64,000 bases of DNA from Nitrosopumilaceae archaeon (GCA_965200155.1 CBDATR010000010.1:64001-128000); one strand, 5' to 3'; positions 31,033 through 40,693 are shown, numbered from the stretch's first letter. Program-made: numbers and translations. Notes: a model not told the origin generated them from the sequence alone.

Positions 31033-32338
31033 CATCACCCCTCCGGGAGATAAGCTTCTCGCCTGCCTTCATGACAAAGGGTGACATAAATGCGGTTATA
31101 ATAGCTATCACGCCGATCATGGGGAATAGTAGCGTGCTTACCGCCCCAATCTCCACACCTGCCTTCACTATCACAATGGAGAACTCGCCCCTGGGGGCGG
31201 CCAGGGCAGTAGACGTCCGGATTGAATCATTCCGCTTCTGCCTGAATAGTATACTCCCAGTCATGTTACCACCAAACTTGATCACCATGGCAACAACCAC
31301 AAGTATCAGTGCAATCCAGATAAAGTCACCCAGGTGGGTTATATCCATCAGGGCGCCGGTAGAGATGAAGAATATTGCAACAAACATGTCCTTTACTGGA
31401 CGGGTGAGTATCTTTGATATCTCCGCGGACTTGGAGTCGGCCACCAAAACCCCTGCAAGAAAGGCGCCAATGGCGACAGACAGACCGCCAGCGCTGGCCA
31501 GCAGGGAGTACCCAAAGCACAGCCCCAACACGGTCAGCAATAGTATCTCCCGGTTCTGAATGCTGGCAACCCGGTCTATAAGACGTGGAATAGTTCGGAG
31601 ACCGATGGTAAAGGTTCCCGCGATAAGCCCCACACCCACAATAAGTACTACGGCCAGACTCTCTACGGAGATGGTGTCGGCCAGTGCCACTGACTGGAGC
31701 CCGGATATCAGTATGACGGCTACTATATCTTCTACAATCAGTATACCCAGTATCATTATGGATGACTTTTTCTTCATGAGTCCGGCATCCTCCAGCAGCT
31801 TCACTATTACCGCAGTACTGGATATGGACAGCGCCGCGGCAATGAACAGGGAATCCATAAAGCTCATGCCCAAGGCAGTGGCTACATAAAATACCGCAGC
31901 CATAGTTCCAAAGAGGCCGATGGTGCCTATACCTATAGCTACGGTACCAATACTTTTAATCTTGTTATAGGGAAACTCGATGCCTATAACAAACAACAGC
32001 AGTATAACACCTATCTCGGAGAAGAGATTCAGCGCATCCGTATTTACCAGTATGCCAACCTCGCCAAGAAGTATCTGGGTGCTACTCTCCGGGAATACCC
32101 AAATCCACACCGGAGACAGTGGACCCAGAAGCATCCCTGCAAACAGGTATCCCACTATGATCGGTTGTCGTATCTTGAAGAATACAAGCGTGATTATAGC
32201 CCCCACAATCAACATAAATGCCAAGTCTGTCAAAAAGTCACGATGTGGCATCTCCGGAGTGATCTCGTTCAGTATGTTGATACCAACATCTGTCAGAGGT
32301 CCAAAAATATCACCGGCTTGTAAAAAAAACTCCTGCAA
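31025..32338 (-). CDS. Cation:proton antiporter (CPA2/Kef family)
   Basis: LLFVIGIE, SISSTAVIVKLL, ILIVEDI, GAFLAG, PRGEFS motifs; TTG start chosen about 25 nt after TTTTAAAA. Confidence 0.92.
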   Translation of the reverse strand: MQEFFLQAGDIFGPLTDVGINILNEITPEMPHRDFLTDLAFMLIVGAIITLVFFKIRQPIIVGYLFAGMLLGPLSPVWIWVFPESSTQILLGEVGILVNTDALNLFSEIGVILLLFVIGIEFPYNKIKSIGTVAIGIGTIGLFGTMAAVFYVATALGMSFMDSLFIAAALSISSTAVIVKLLEDAGLMKKKSSIMILGILIVEDIVAVILISGLQSVALADTISVESLAVVLIVGVGLIAGTFTIGLRTIPRLIDRVASIQNREILLLTVLGLCFGYSLLASAGGLSVAIGAFLAGVLVADSKSAEISKILTRPVKDMFVAIFFISTGALMDITHLGDFIWIALILVVVAMVIKFGGNMTGSILFRQKRNDSIRTSTALAAPRGEFSIVIVKAGVEIGAVSTLLFPMIGVIAIITAFMSPFVMKAGEKLISRRGDDD

Positions 32339-32382
32339 TATGCTACACAAGTTGGCATATTTTAAAAACACTTCTAGCCTGT

Positions 32383-33553
32383 TAGTTTGTTGCATAACTC
32401 CAAACAAGTTAGATTAAAAACGTATGTGAGAAACGGTTTGAGTATTTTTGTTTATTCTGTCATAGTGATTACTAACTTGGATCCAAGCATTAACATCTGA
32501 GACTTTTTAAACAAACTTGATGGTATTCACCTACAATGCCAAGTACGTCCAGCGGAAGGCTATTTGGCTTTGATCATGCGTGGAATTGAAAAGGCCAACC
32601 ATAACAAGGAGAGTGCTCCCTACCGGTATGTCGTGGACATGTTACATGACACTGAGAACGGCATTAGGTATGAGATACAGGCAGGTATCCGGATTCCTTG
32701 CAGGACTACTAGAAGGGCATCAAACCCCGTACTACACTACAGACGCGGAAAAGATCTTGACATTAACAAGGGGAATGGCATGATTGTCGGCACAGACAAA
32801 AAGCTGACGAGGGCCAATGATTGTGGACTCGACCGGCCTTGAATCGTGGTGAGTGGATTAGGGCCAAATGGAAAAAGAGACGCGGATTCATCAGTGCTCG
32901 CGGACTGGGAGAACATATGCATTTACGGTTACCGGCGAGTGGGTTGGGGATACGCGCATGTTAAACAATGCAGTACTGGGCTCGTATGCAGAAGAGCCAC
33001 AACTGGACAGGAAGCACACCCTGGAATTGGAAAGTTCCGGACCCATTGCAACAGTTGCCATCTCTGGCAGGACCAACAGATAAGCCACCACCCGGAAACG
33101 CGCTGACTAACGGTGTGTCCCCCTTACCGAATAATGATGAGAAGCGCGCATGTAACCTCGAGTTGCTTGCGGATGGCGCATACGCGTCCAGGGGTAACAT
33201 GAAATTGTGCAGTGATAATCGAATCCGGACAACCATTCCACTTCATCTAAATTCCACCAAAGGAAAGGCAACTCATGGGGACTTGGAGGAAGTCCGGAAT
33301 CGCCCATTTTCCGCCTTTCTGATGAGGAAAAGGCCAAAAACAAGCAGTACTGGAAGGCGACAAAAGGGTACAACAGGCGATGGATAATCGAGATAATCAT
33401 AGAGCCGGTTCCCGTTCAAACGATTATTCGGGCACGGATTAATGGCGCGGAAATGGGATAACATACGAGTACAACGAGTGGGTGGACGCGGCAGCAACGT
33501 AGATTACGACATGGGGAACCTGTATTCGTCAAAGTCAGTTATGCAACAAACTC
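32383..33553 (+). mobile_element. Degenerate IS5-family (ISH1-like) element, copy 2
   Basis: Near-identical to 26721-27900 with the same broken frames; TIRs present, no TSD. Confidence 0.88.
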
Positions 33554-33561
33554 GTATATCT

Positions 33562-33591
33562 GAGTTTGTTGAATAACTATGCAACAAACTT
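33562..33591. mobile_element. Minimal element made of two abutted ISH1-like TIRs
   Basis: GAGTTTGTTGAATAAC followed directly by TATGCAACAAACTT. Confidence 0.6.
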
Positions 33592-33629
33592 TCAAACACG
33601 AAAATGATAAAAGAATCTTGATGTAGAAA

Positions 33630-34463
33630 ATGTCCATGGCCAACAATACCATAACTAATACAAATTGTCCTACCTGCGACAAGGTAAGTCTTCTGGAAGA
33701 TGAGGGTACTGGCGTAATATTCTGTAGTGAATGCAAGTATATTGTGTATGATGGAGTCTCAGACAAGAAAGCCAAATTTGCTATTCCAAAGGAGATACTG
33801 CGGATGTGGAGTACAAGCAATGGATCAGACCACAATGTACGACAGTCGTTGGAAGATATGTATTCCTACAGAACCCTTAATCTTAACAGCATCGTACTGT
33901 ACAAGGGAGCCCAGCTCTTTCTGCATGCAATGGGAATGAGACTCAGTCAGGGGCGACCAACACGAGAACTTGTAGCATCATGTCTGTATGCTGCATGTCG
34001 CATAACCAAGACGCCCATTACTCTCAGCGACATATCGAAAAATCTAGACATACGACAAAAGAACGTGGCCCGGTGTTATAGGATGTTGTATCAGCGTATG
34101 AACCTACAGATTCCGGTGGCCGATCCGGACAAGTGTATAATCCACATAGCCAAGAGAGCCAACCTAGGTAGCGATGTCACAGAACGTGCAATTTACCTGA
34201 CAGCCAAGGCCAAGGGCGGAAGCCTACTGGATGGCCGTGATCCTACAGGAGTTGCAGCTGCGGCCCTGTATTTGGCATGCATAGATCTGGGCCACCCTAC
34301 ATCCCAAAGTGAAATAGCCCAGGCATCCGGAATAACTGAGGTAACCATACGAAAAAATTACTCCTTGTTGATGAATTTGAGTGACAATGAAGAGACCAGT
34401 GAGGAGACATCTATCAACAGATCCATGATACGGCCGGGCCGTCGCCGTCAGTACAAAAGATAA
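33630..34463 (+). CDS. tfb: Transcription factor TFB (TFIIB) paralog
   Basis: CPTC..CSEC Zn ribbon; two cyclin folds (QGRP...ASCLYAACR; GRDPTGVAAAALY..SQSEIA...ITEVTIR). Confidence 0.9.
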   Translation: MSMANNTITNTNCPTCDKVSLLEDEGTGVIFCSECKYIVYDGVSDKKAKFAIPKEILRMWSTSNGSDHNVRQSLEDMYSYRTLNLNSIVLYKGAQLFLHAMGMRLSQGRPTRELVASCLYAACRITKTPITLSDISKNLDIRQKNVARCYRMLYQRMNLQIPVADPDKCIIHIAKRANLGSDVTERAIYLTAKAKGGSLLDGRDPTGVAAAALYLACIDLGHPTSQSEIAQASGITEVTIRKNYSLLMNLSDNEETSEETSINRSMIRPGRRRQYKR

Positions 34464-34478
34464 TCAGTAACAACGTAC

Positions 34479-34648
34479 GTAACCGTTTAGGCTGCCAACT
34501 CATTTCTCTATGTCACCAAGACAGAGACTAAATCCTGGTCACTTGCAATCATCGCACACATTAGGGCTGGCGGAGACCATTCCCCGCTAGTTTGGCATAT
34601 GCTTACCAATGAAAACAAGCCTCAATTCGGAGTGACTTGAACGGTTAC
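34479..34648. mobile_element. MITE-B-related element (170 bp) with a different interior
   Basis: Ends GTAACCGTTTAGG / CTTGAACGGTTAC. Confidence 0.65.
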
Positions 34649-34801
34649 AGGTTGTGCATGTGAACAAATTGTTAGTGATAAAATTGATGGTGGTGGCCAG
34701 TATATGAGTTTGACCGGCACAGCGGATTAGCGAGATCGTGATCTCTGAGTATCTGTTGATTACGCGCCGCGGGTAATTAGAATATGCCTAGTGTACGTTG
34801 T

Positions 34802-35042
34802 GTAACCGTTTAGGTCGAGTTAAAGATCAACACCTAGACGATAAATTCATGGCCATATGTAAGATAGAAAAAGCAAGATCGGACATGTTAGCGGTGTGTT
34901 TTGAACAGTTGTCCAGGGGTGACCTAAACGGTTGTATGAGTTCACCTGTGTCTAAATTTACGCACAACTGATCGCGACAGTTAAAGAACCGGTTCTTTTG
35001 TGCATAAGATTCCGGAAGACGTGAACTCATACAAACGGTTAC
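34802..35042 (-). mobile_element. MITE-B copy 1 carrying MITE-A in its TIR
   Basis: TIR GTAACCGTTTAGGTC / GACCTAAACGGTTAC; interior is the reverse complement of copies at 61442 and 62656. Confidence 0.88.
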
Positions 35043-35125
35043 CCTTGGCATGATCCACGTGTCCTCATATGGCTGCACCTGGGTGATGGTGTCCAGGGGT
35101 GACCTAAACGGTTACCCTTGGCATG
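34910..35125. repeat. 36-bp direct repeat flanking a unique 37-bp insert; first copy split by MITE-A
   Basis: TGTCCAGGGGTGACCTAAACGGTTACCCTTGGCATG at 35090-35125 and at 34910-34933 plus 35041-35052; insert 35053-35089. Confidence 0.88.
34934..35032 (-). mobile_element. MITE-A copy 7 (99-bp variant)
   Basis: Perfect TIRs; TSD AAACGGTT; internal palindrome AAAGAACCGGTTCTTT. Confidence 0.93.
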
Positions 35126-35145
35126 GCAAAAAAGTATATTGACCT

Positions 35146-35328
35146 ATGCACGACCCATTTTTGTTGGGTTGTTTTTGCGGTTGCGCCAAATATGAGAAGA
35201 ATGAAAACGGATTTCGATTGGCATGTGTAACATGTGGTCATGGACCGCAGAATCATGAGGAGGAGTTTCGTATGTCTGCTAGAAAAAACGAATCCGCGAG
35301 CCAAAAGCGCGACGCGGATTTTGGATGA
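35146..35328 (+). CDS. Possible small Cys/His-rich Zn-binding protein
   Basis: CFCGC....CVTCGH...H pattern in a 60-aa ORF. Confidence 0.4.
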   Translation: MHDPFLLGCFCGCAKYEKNENGFRLACVTCGHGPQNHEEEFRMSARKNESASQKRDADFG

Positions 35329-35528
35329 CAATGTGTTAACCCATATTCTTCAGAAACTTCAAGCATACGGCTTTTTAGAGATCAGAATGCGGGTTCTGTA
35401 TACATTACAGTGAGCTCCGTACTCAAGATCGTCATCATCACATCAGCGAGATATTAACATCATTGCTCACCAAGGTGATTTTATTGTTGTATTTGACCGT
35501 TACACACAGGGTTAGTTGGCGCGTGTTT

Positions 35529-35605
35529 ATGCAAGTTCACATGTGCCTAATTTCGTGCACGACGGAGTGTTATCGTACAAGATTTGAAGGAACGGGCACT
35601 CATAC
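35529..35605 (-). mobile_element. Ancient degenerate MITE-A relative
   Basis: ATGCAAGTTCACATGTGCCTAATTT...ACGGGCACTCATAC; flanks GCGTGTTT / GCATGCTC differ only by transitions. Confidence 0.5.
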
Positions 35606-35809
35606 GCATGCTCCACTGTCAGAGTGGAATGAATTCCAAAGGGATGCTAGACAGAGATGAGAAAATTACAAATTCACCAGTGAAACAAAGAACGAAAATT
35701 CAACCATGCCATATCAGAATTCGTGCAAATCATACCTAAAATGAGACAGGCACGACAAACATAGCCCGCATTTAAAGATTGATAAATGGTGTTCTATTAT
35801 CCATAAAGA

Positions 35810-36217
35810 ATGGCAGAGGTAGACACCACATGCAGTCTAGAGAATTTTAGAAAGTTTCTTTTGAATAGTACATGCCGCTCCTTTGCGCCACAGACATATC
35901 TGGATGATCCAGAAATATTTCCCGAGAGATACGAGAAAGGTATCATCTATGTAGAAGCGGCAGACAAGGTTACGTTGAAGAAGATAGTAGACATAACCTT
36001 TGTGAATGCCCGGGAGGTATTGGGGATAATATACAATTCCAACAGTGGCAGTACCTCAATAAAATGGAGACAAACATCACGATTCAACGGCAGAGCCATC
36101 GGACACATATCCCGCAATTCGTTAAAGTATCTGGCAGAATCCGGAGTCCTGTCGCTGACCCAGATTGAAAAATGTGTAGACCAAATGGCCCGGGACAATG
36201 CTGGCAAAGTGGATTGA
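35810..36217 (+). CDS. Conserved thaumarchaeal hypothetical protein
   Basis: 135-aa ORF overlapping pelota start; IYVEAADKVTLKKI motif. Confidence 0.75.
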   Translation: MAEVDTTCSLENFRKFLLNSTCRSFAPQTYLDDPEIFPERYEKGIIYVEAADKVTLKKIVDITFVNAREVLGIIYNSNSGSTSIKWRQTSRFNGRAIGHISRNSLKYLAESGVLSLTQIEKCVDQMARDNAGKVD

Positions 36218-37238
36218 CGGAGAATCAGTAGCCGTCACGCCCCAGAACTCGGATGACATGCTAAGCTTGAGGAGGGTGATACGCCCCGGTGACAGAATAT
36301 CAGGTCAGACAACGTGGGTCATGAAACAAGACAGACAGTACGCCAGGCCCGACAAGGGAGAGAGAATACGTGTCAGGATATCCCTTTTGGTAGACAAGAT
36401 ATCTCTGGACAACGTATTGGACAGGTTGAGAATAGGAGGTACGATGCACGACTCTGACAACGAGGCCATCCCCCGGGGCATACGCCATTCCATTTTGGTG
36501 GGAGCGGGGAACACCATACGTATCTTTAAGCGACGGTGGCTCTCCGCGGATAGGCGTATTCTAAGACAACGCCGAGATCAGGGGTTTGTACTAGCAGCAA
36601 TAGACCGCTCGGAGTACTGTGTGGCACGACTCTCAGGCACGCATGTTCAACATACCGCTAACGTATACTCCGGTTCCGGGGGCAAGCGCTACAAGGTGTC
36701 CTTTGACGGGACGGCATATATTGAAGGGGCAGGCCGGGCCATAGATTCCATACTACAGAATAATGACACTGTAGTATTATTTGGGCCCGGAGATATCAAG
36801 AGGCGATTAGTCAATCATATGAAAAACAAGGGGACAAAGTTCCGCATATTGGTTGCAGAAGGAATAGACACGGCGGGCGAGGATGGCATATATCAATTTG
36901 CACGCTCAGATGCCCTGCAACAGACCATATCTGATTCTAAGATGGCCAAGGTGCTTGCCATCATCGATGACGTAATGGAGATGGCAGGCCGGGGCTCAAA
37001 GAAGTTCACCATGGGCTTTGCAGAAACACAGTATGGGGTATCCATTGGAGCAGTGAAATTTCTAGTGTACTCTGAAGGCATATTTGAAGGAAATGAGGAG
37101 GAGGACGTGATACAGTTGCTTAATGATGCGGAAAACACGGGAGTGACAGTATACGGAGTGGATTCCAGCACAGACTTGGGCCTGCGAGTGAGTAAATTGG
37201 GCGGAGTCATATCCGTATTACGATACACTATAGGCTAG
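36198..37238 (+). CDS. pelA: mRNA surveillance protein Pelota (Dom34)
   Basis: P..SDD...LRRVI.PGD, RLRIGG, GPG, LGGVISVLRY eRF1-like domains. Confidence 0.93.
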   Translation: MLAKWIDGESVAVTPQNSDDMLSLRRVIRPGDRISGQTTWVMKQDRQYARPDKGERIRVRISLLVDKISLDNVLDRLRIGGTMHDSDNEAIPRGIRHSILVGAGNTIRIFKRRWLSADRRILRQRRDQGFVLAAIDRSEYCVARLSGTHVQHTANVYSGSGGKRYKVSFDGTAYIEGAGRAIDSILQNNDTVVLFGPGDIKRRLVNHMKNKGTKFRILVAEGIDTAGEDGIYQFARSDALQQTISDSKMAKVLAIIDDVMEMAGRGSKKFTMGFAETQYGVSIGAVKFLVYSEGIFEGNEEEDVIQLLNDAENTGVTVYGVDSSTDLGLRVSKLGGVISVLRYTIG

Positions 37239-37546
37239 TGGACAGAGTCAGACAGCCACCTCATATAAGGATGGGATACGTGATCAGTGTCCAGCCGTAG
37301 TATCTCAGGAGTCGTATAGGGATGACAATCCCCTATTGCCTGACACAGTCTTTTGCCATTGTCTGAGGTGGTCTTGAATATAACCATGCATTCGGGAGAA
37401 TCCTGTATGGAGCCATCCCAGACATATATGGAATGTACCGGTATTATGCTAGCGCACGCAGCTACACCATCCTGCACTATCTTGCGGGATATGTTGCGCG
37501 CGTCTGTTTCGTTTTCAAAGGTGGTTATAACAACCGTAGCCGCCAA
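37235..37546 (-). CDS. cutA: Divalent-cation tolerance protein CutA
   Basis: AACA..., SIYVWDG, HPYTTPEI, YMRWL motifs. Confidence 0.93.
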   Translation of the reverse strand: MAATVVITTFENETDARNISRKIVQDGVAACASIIPVHSIYVWDGSIQDSPECMVIFKTTSDNGKRLCQAIGDCHPYTTPEILRLDTDHVSHPYMRWLSDSVH

Positions 37547-37589
37547 ACAGTAAACGATAAATGACCTCTTTTAAAAAAATTTCATTGGA

Positions 37590-38789
37590 ATGGATTTAGA
37601 TTTTCTGACTCAGAATGCCATTGTATACGTTCTAGTGGCGTGGGTGGTCATAGTTGTGGCCGCCAAGGCACTACGGCTGGAAAACCATGGTGTTGAACTC
37701 AAGTTCTACAGTCTGGTATACAAGAACAAAGGAGTTCAGGATGTTCTGGTCCGTATACTTGGTCGCACGCGACGGGGTATTCGAGTATTTGCAGATGTAA
37801 GCGTAGTGGCAGGCGTGGCCATGATGGGTTTTGGGTTTTGGTTTCTGATATCAAATGTAACATCATTCTTTGTAGAGCCGAGTGATTTTGCGGAGATCAC
37901 GGTTCTGATACCAGGAGTGACACTAACATCTGCGCATTCCATAATGTACTTTCTTTTGTCCATACCCATAGTACTGGTTATGCACGAGGGCGCTCATGGA
38001 ATAGTAGCCGCGCTAGAAAAGATCAGGATAAAAACCGGTGGCTTTGCCATTTTCATAGCAATGTTCGCGGGCTTCGTGGAACCCGATGAGGACGAGTTTA
38101 ACCGGGCCAAAAAAATATCCAGACTGCGAGTCATAGGAGCAGGGGCCACATCCAATGTTATATTCGCCATGGCCCTAGGCGTCATACTCTTAACCAATCC
38201 GCTCTTTGCGGTGGTTACGCCTGAACCGTTGTTAGGAATATTCTACGAGTCACCGGGAGGCGTGACCGTACAATCGGTTATCGAAGGATCCGGAGCCCAA
38301 GAGGCAGGATTGCAGGCCAACGACCTTATCGTAGAGATCTCCGGGCAAGTCATGGAGAGCCCCATGGATCTGTCTGGCCTGAATTTGGTCCCCGGCGATA
38401 GTGTGTCGGTCACAGCCATACGCGATAGTCAGCCCATGGAATTTTCAGTTGTAATAATGGAATCACCCGATAACCCTGAGCAAGGCCTAATCGGCATAAT
38501 GCGCGACAGCTTCTCATACATACCCGTGATGGACTTTATTGTATGGGATAATCACCAATTGTCCATGTTCCTGTTATGGCTATGGATGATATCATTCTTC
38601 ATAGGAATAATCAACATGCTACCCCTGCCCATACTAGACGGGGGCAAGTTCATCCAGACCATAGTTGAGGGCAGGACCTCAGAACGCTCCGTACAGGTTA
38701 TAATGTATTGTATATATGCATTCACTTTTGCGCTGTTCGCATTGAACATAGGTCTCTCGTATGCAAAATCAGGATGGTTTACGATATGA
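37590..38789 (+). CDS. Site-2 protease (M50) with PDZ domain
   Basis: HEGAH and NMLPLPILDGG motifs; central PDZ (SGAQEAGLQANDLI). Confidence 0.93.
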   Translation: MDLDFLTQNAIVYVLVAWVVIVVAAKALRLENHGVELKFYSLVYKNKGVQDVLVRILGRTRRGIRVFADVSVVAGVAMMGFGFWFLISNVTSFFVEPSDFAEITVLIPGVTLTSAHSIMYFLLSIPIVLVMHEGAHGIVAALEKIRIKTGGFAIFIAMFAGFVEPDEDEFNRAKKISRLRVIGAGATSNVIFAMALGVILLTNPLFAVVTPEPLLGIFYESPGGVTVQSVIEGSGAQEAGLQANDLIVEISGQVMESPMDLSGLNLVPGDSVSVTAIRDSQPMEFSVVIMESPDNPEQGLIGIMRDSFSYIPVMDFIVWDNHQLSMFLLWLWMISFFIGIINMLPLPILDGGKFIQTIVEGRTSERSVQVIMYCIYAFTFALFALNIGLSYAKSGWFTI

Positions 38790-38813
38790 CTTCACGCAGG
38801 GGATAGTGGTAGG

Positions 38814-39350
38814 GTGGATTCTACTCCTGGCTGGGTCATAGTATACACGGGAGGCGGTAAGGGAAAGACCACAGCCGCATTGGGATTGGCTCTACGAGCC
38901 GTAGGATACGACAAGAAGATACGCATGATACAGTTCATCAAGGGATCTTGGCACTATGGCGAGATGAGCTCCTCGTCCAGGCTGGAGCCCAACCTGGAGT
39001 TGGTTGCAGTAGGACGAGGTTTTGTTGGAATACTAGATGACAACAGCACCTTTGAGCAGCACAAGACCATGGCCCAGACAGCTCTGAATATTGCCAAAAA
39101 AGACATGGTCTCAGACAGATACGACATAATCATACTAGACGAGATAAACTATGCGGTAAAAATGGATCTGATAAATGAGGACGATGTGCTTGATTTGATA
39201 CGCGCACGACCACGCCATATTGATTTGATTCTTACAGGAAATCATGCCCGGCCAGCCATAGTAGATGCCGCAGATCTTGTAACTGAGATGAAAGAGGTAA
39301 AACACCCATTCAAGAAGGGCATAAGGGCCCGCCGGGGCATAGACTTTTAG
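38814..39350 (+). CDS. cobO: Cob(I)yrinic acid a,c-diamide adenosyltransferase
   Basis: YTGGGKGKTTAALG, QFIKG, ILDEI, KHPF..G..ARRGIDF motifs. Confidence 0.96.
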   Translation: MDSTPGWVIVYTGGGKGKTTAALGLALRAVGYDKKIRMIQFIKGSWHYGEMSSSSRLEPNLELVAVGRGFVGILDDNSTFEQHKTMAQTALNIAKKDMVSDRYDIIILDEINYAVKMDLINEDDVLDLIRARPRHIDLILTGNHARPAIVDAADLVTEMKEVKHPFKKGIRARRGIDF

Positions 39351-39372
39351 GATCAACAGACGCCATAGAATG

Positions 39373-39471
39373 GCATGAGTACACCTGTGTCTAAATTTAC
39401 GCATAGCTGATCGCGACAGTTAAAGAACCGGTTCTTTTGTGCATAAGATTCCGGAAGACGTGAACTCATAC
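39373..39471 (-). mobile_element. MITE-A copy 8 (99-bp variant) between convergent genes
   Basis: TIRs with two mismatches; TSD ATAGAATG. Confidence 0.92.
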
Positions 39472-39493
39472 ATAGAATGATGTAATTTTGGCA

Positions 39494-40693
39494 TCAACTG
39501 CGATTGTGTAATAGCCCAAATAACTGCCGGACGGCGAGTTTGGGATGGCGGATTGCCAGATTCATCATACCATGTAATCCAAAATCGGCCTTAACGAATG
39601 AGAGGAACTGATCAGCGCTGAGATCTCGTATAATATCCAGTTCCCGGTCCCATTGGGAATCGGTCAGGCCAAGCCAGCGGTCCTGTACCCTATACGCGGA
39701 CTTGATGCGGGACTCAGCTTTTGTCCTCCATGCTCTTTCATATGATGATAATGTATTACTGGACGCGTCGCCGCTAAGCGCGGCAGTCGCGGCGGTCTTG
39801 CCAGCCAGTCTGCCAAACTTTATTGCATAGCGTATTCCCTCTAGTACTAGAGGATTAGCCTGGCCAGCGGTGTCCCCAACCAGAATTACGCCATCATACA
39901 CACTCTTCCTACCTATTCCCTCATTGGGGATGAGACCGTAGTGATATTCCAGTACACTCATCTCACCAAGACGCCCCACGGGCCCAATCCCCTTGGACAA
40001 CATATTATCCAGTATGTGCTTTGGATCCTCGGCTCGTTGGGGTTTTGCTACACCCACTCCCACCCGGACCCGGTTACCAGCGATGGGAAATATCCATGCA
40101 TATCCTGCTGGCGAGTACATTGATCCTACCATGAGCCACCAGGTTTCTGTGTCCAGATTGTTTACAGCCATCTCGTACTCTGCACCCACGCCAAAACGAC
40201 CCCAAGGGGCAGCCAGTCCCATACTCTTGACTATCACGCCAGGAAAACCGCTGGCATCCACCACTACCTTGCCCCGTACCGGAAGTGTATTACTGCTTTC
40301 AGTTCCACTTACTATGATACCATCTGCATCACGCTTGGCTGAGTTGACTGCCGTACCTGTGTGAACTTGAACTCCGGCCTTTTGAGCCATTCTTGCAAGC
40401 CACCGGTACGTTCCTCTCACATCCAGTACTGCGGCTCCATACTCACTACCCCCTACCAGAACCTCGTTGTTGGGAGAGCAGAAGCCATAATTTTTAATCG
40501 GATTATAATACGCCTTGGGTATTCCAAATTCTTGTACTGTCTCCATCCACGTAACCCCACTGGTACGCACAGTAGTAGCTATCTGGGGCTCCCGCTCCAA
40601 AAGTATCACGCTGGCGCCATCGCGGGCGGCCTGAAGTGCTGCGGAGTTACCCGCGGGTCCACCACCAACCACCACCACATCGTATTTCTCCAT
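39494..40693 (-). CDS. Geranylgeranyl reductase family flavoprotein
   Basis: VVGGGPAG, VDASG, PAGYAWIFP, LVGDTAGQANPL..EGI motifs. Confidence 0.9.
   Translation of the reverse strand: MEKYDVVVVGGGPAGNSAALQAARDGASVILLEREPQIATTVRTSGVTWMETVQEFGIPKAYYNPIKNYGFCSPNNEVLVGGSEYGAAVLDVRGTYRWLARMAQKAGVQVHTGTAVNSAKRDADGIIVSGTESSNTLPVRGKVVVDASGFPGVIVKSMGLAAPWGRFGVGAEYEMAVNNLDTETWWLMVGSMYSPAGYAWIFPIAGNRVRVGVGVAKPQRAEDPKHILDNMLSKGIGPVGRLGEMSVLEYHYGLIPNEGIGRKSVYDGVILVGDTAGQANPLVLEGIRYAIKFGRLAGKTAATAALSGDASSNTLSSYERAWRTKAESRIKSAYRVQDRWLGLTDSQWDRELDIIRDLSADQFLSFVKADFGLHGMMNLAIRHPKLAVRQLFGLLHNRS

Noticed and set aside
32339-32407. N-terminal extension of the antiporter in the ORF track
   Set aside because: It begins inside the IS terminal repeat; a TATA-like box supports a later start
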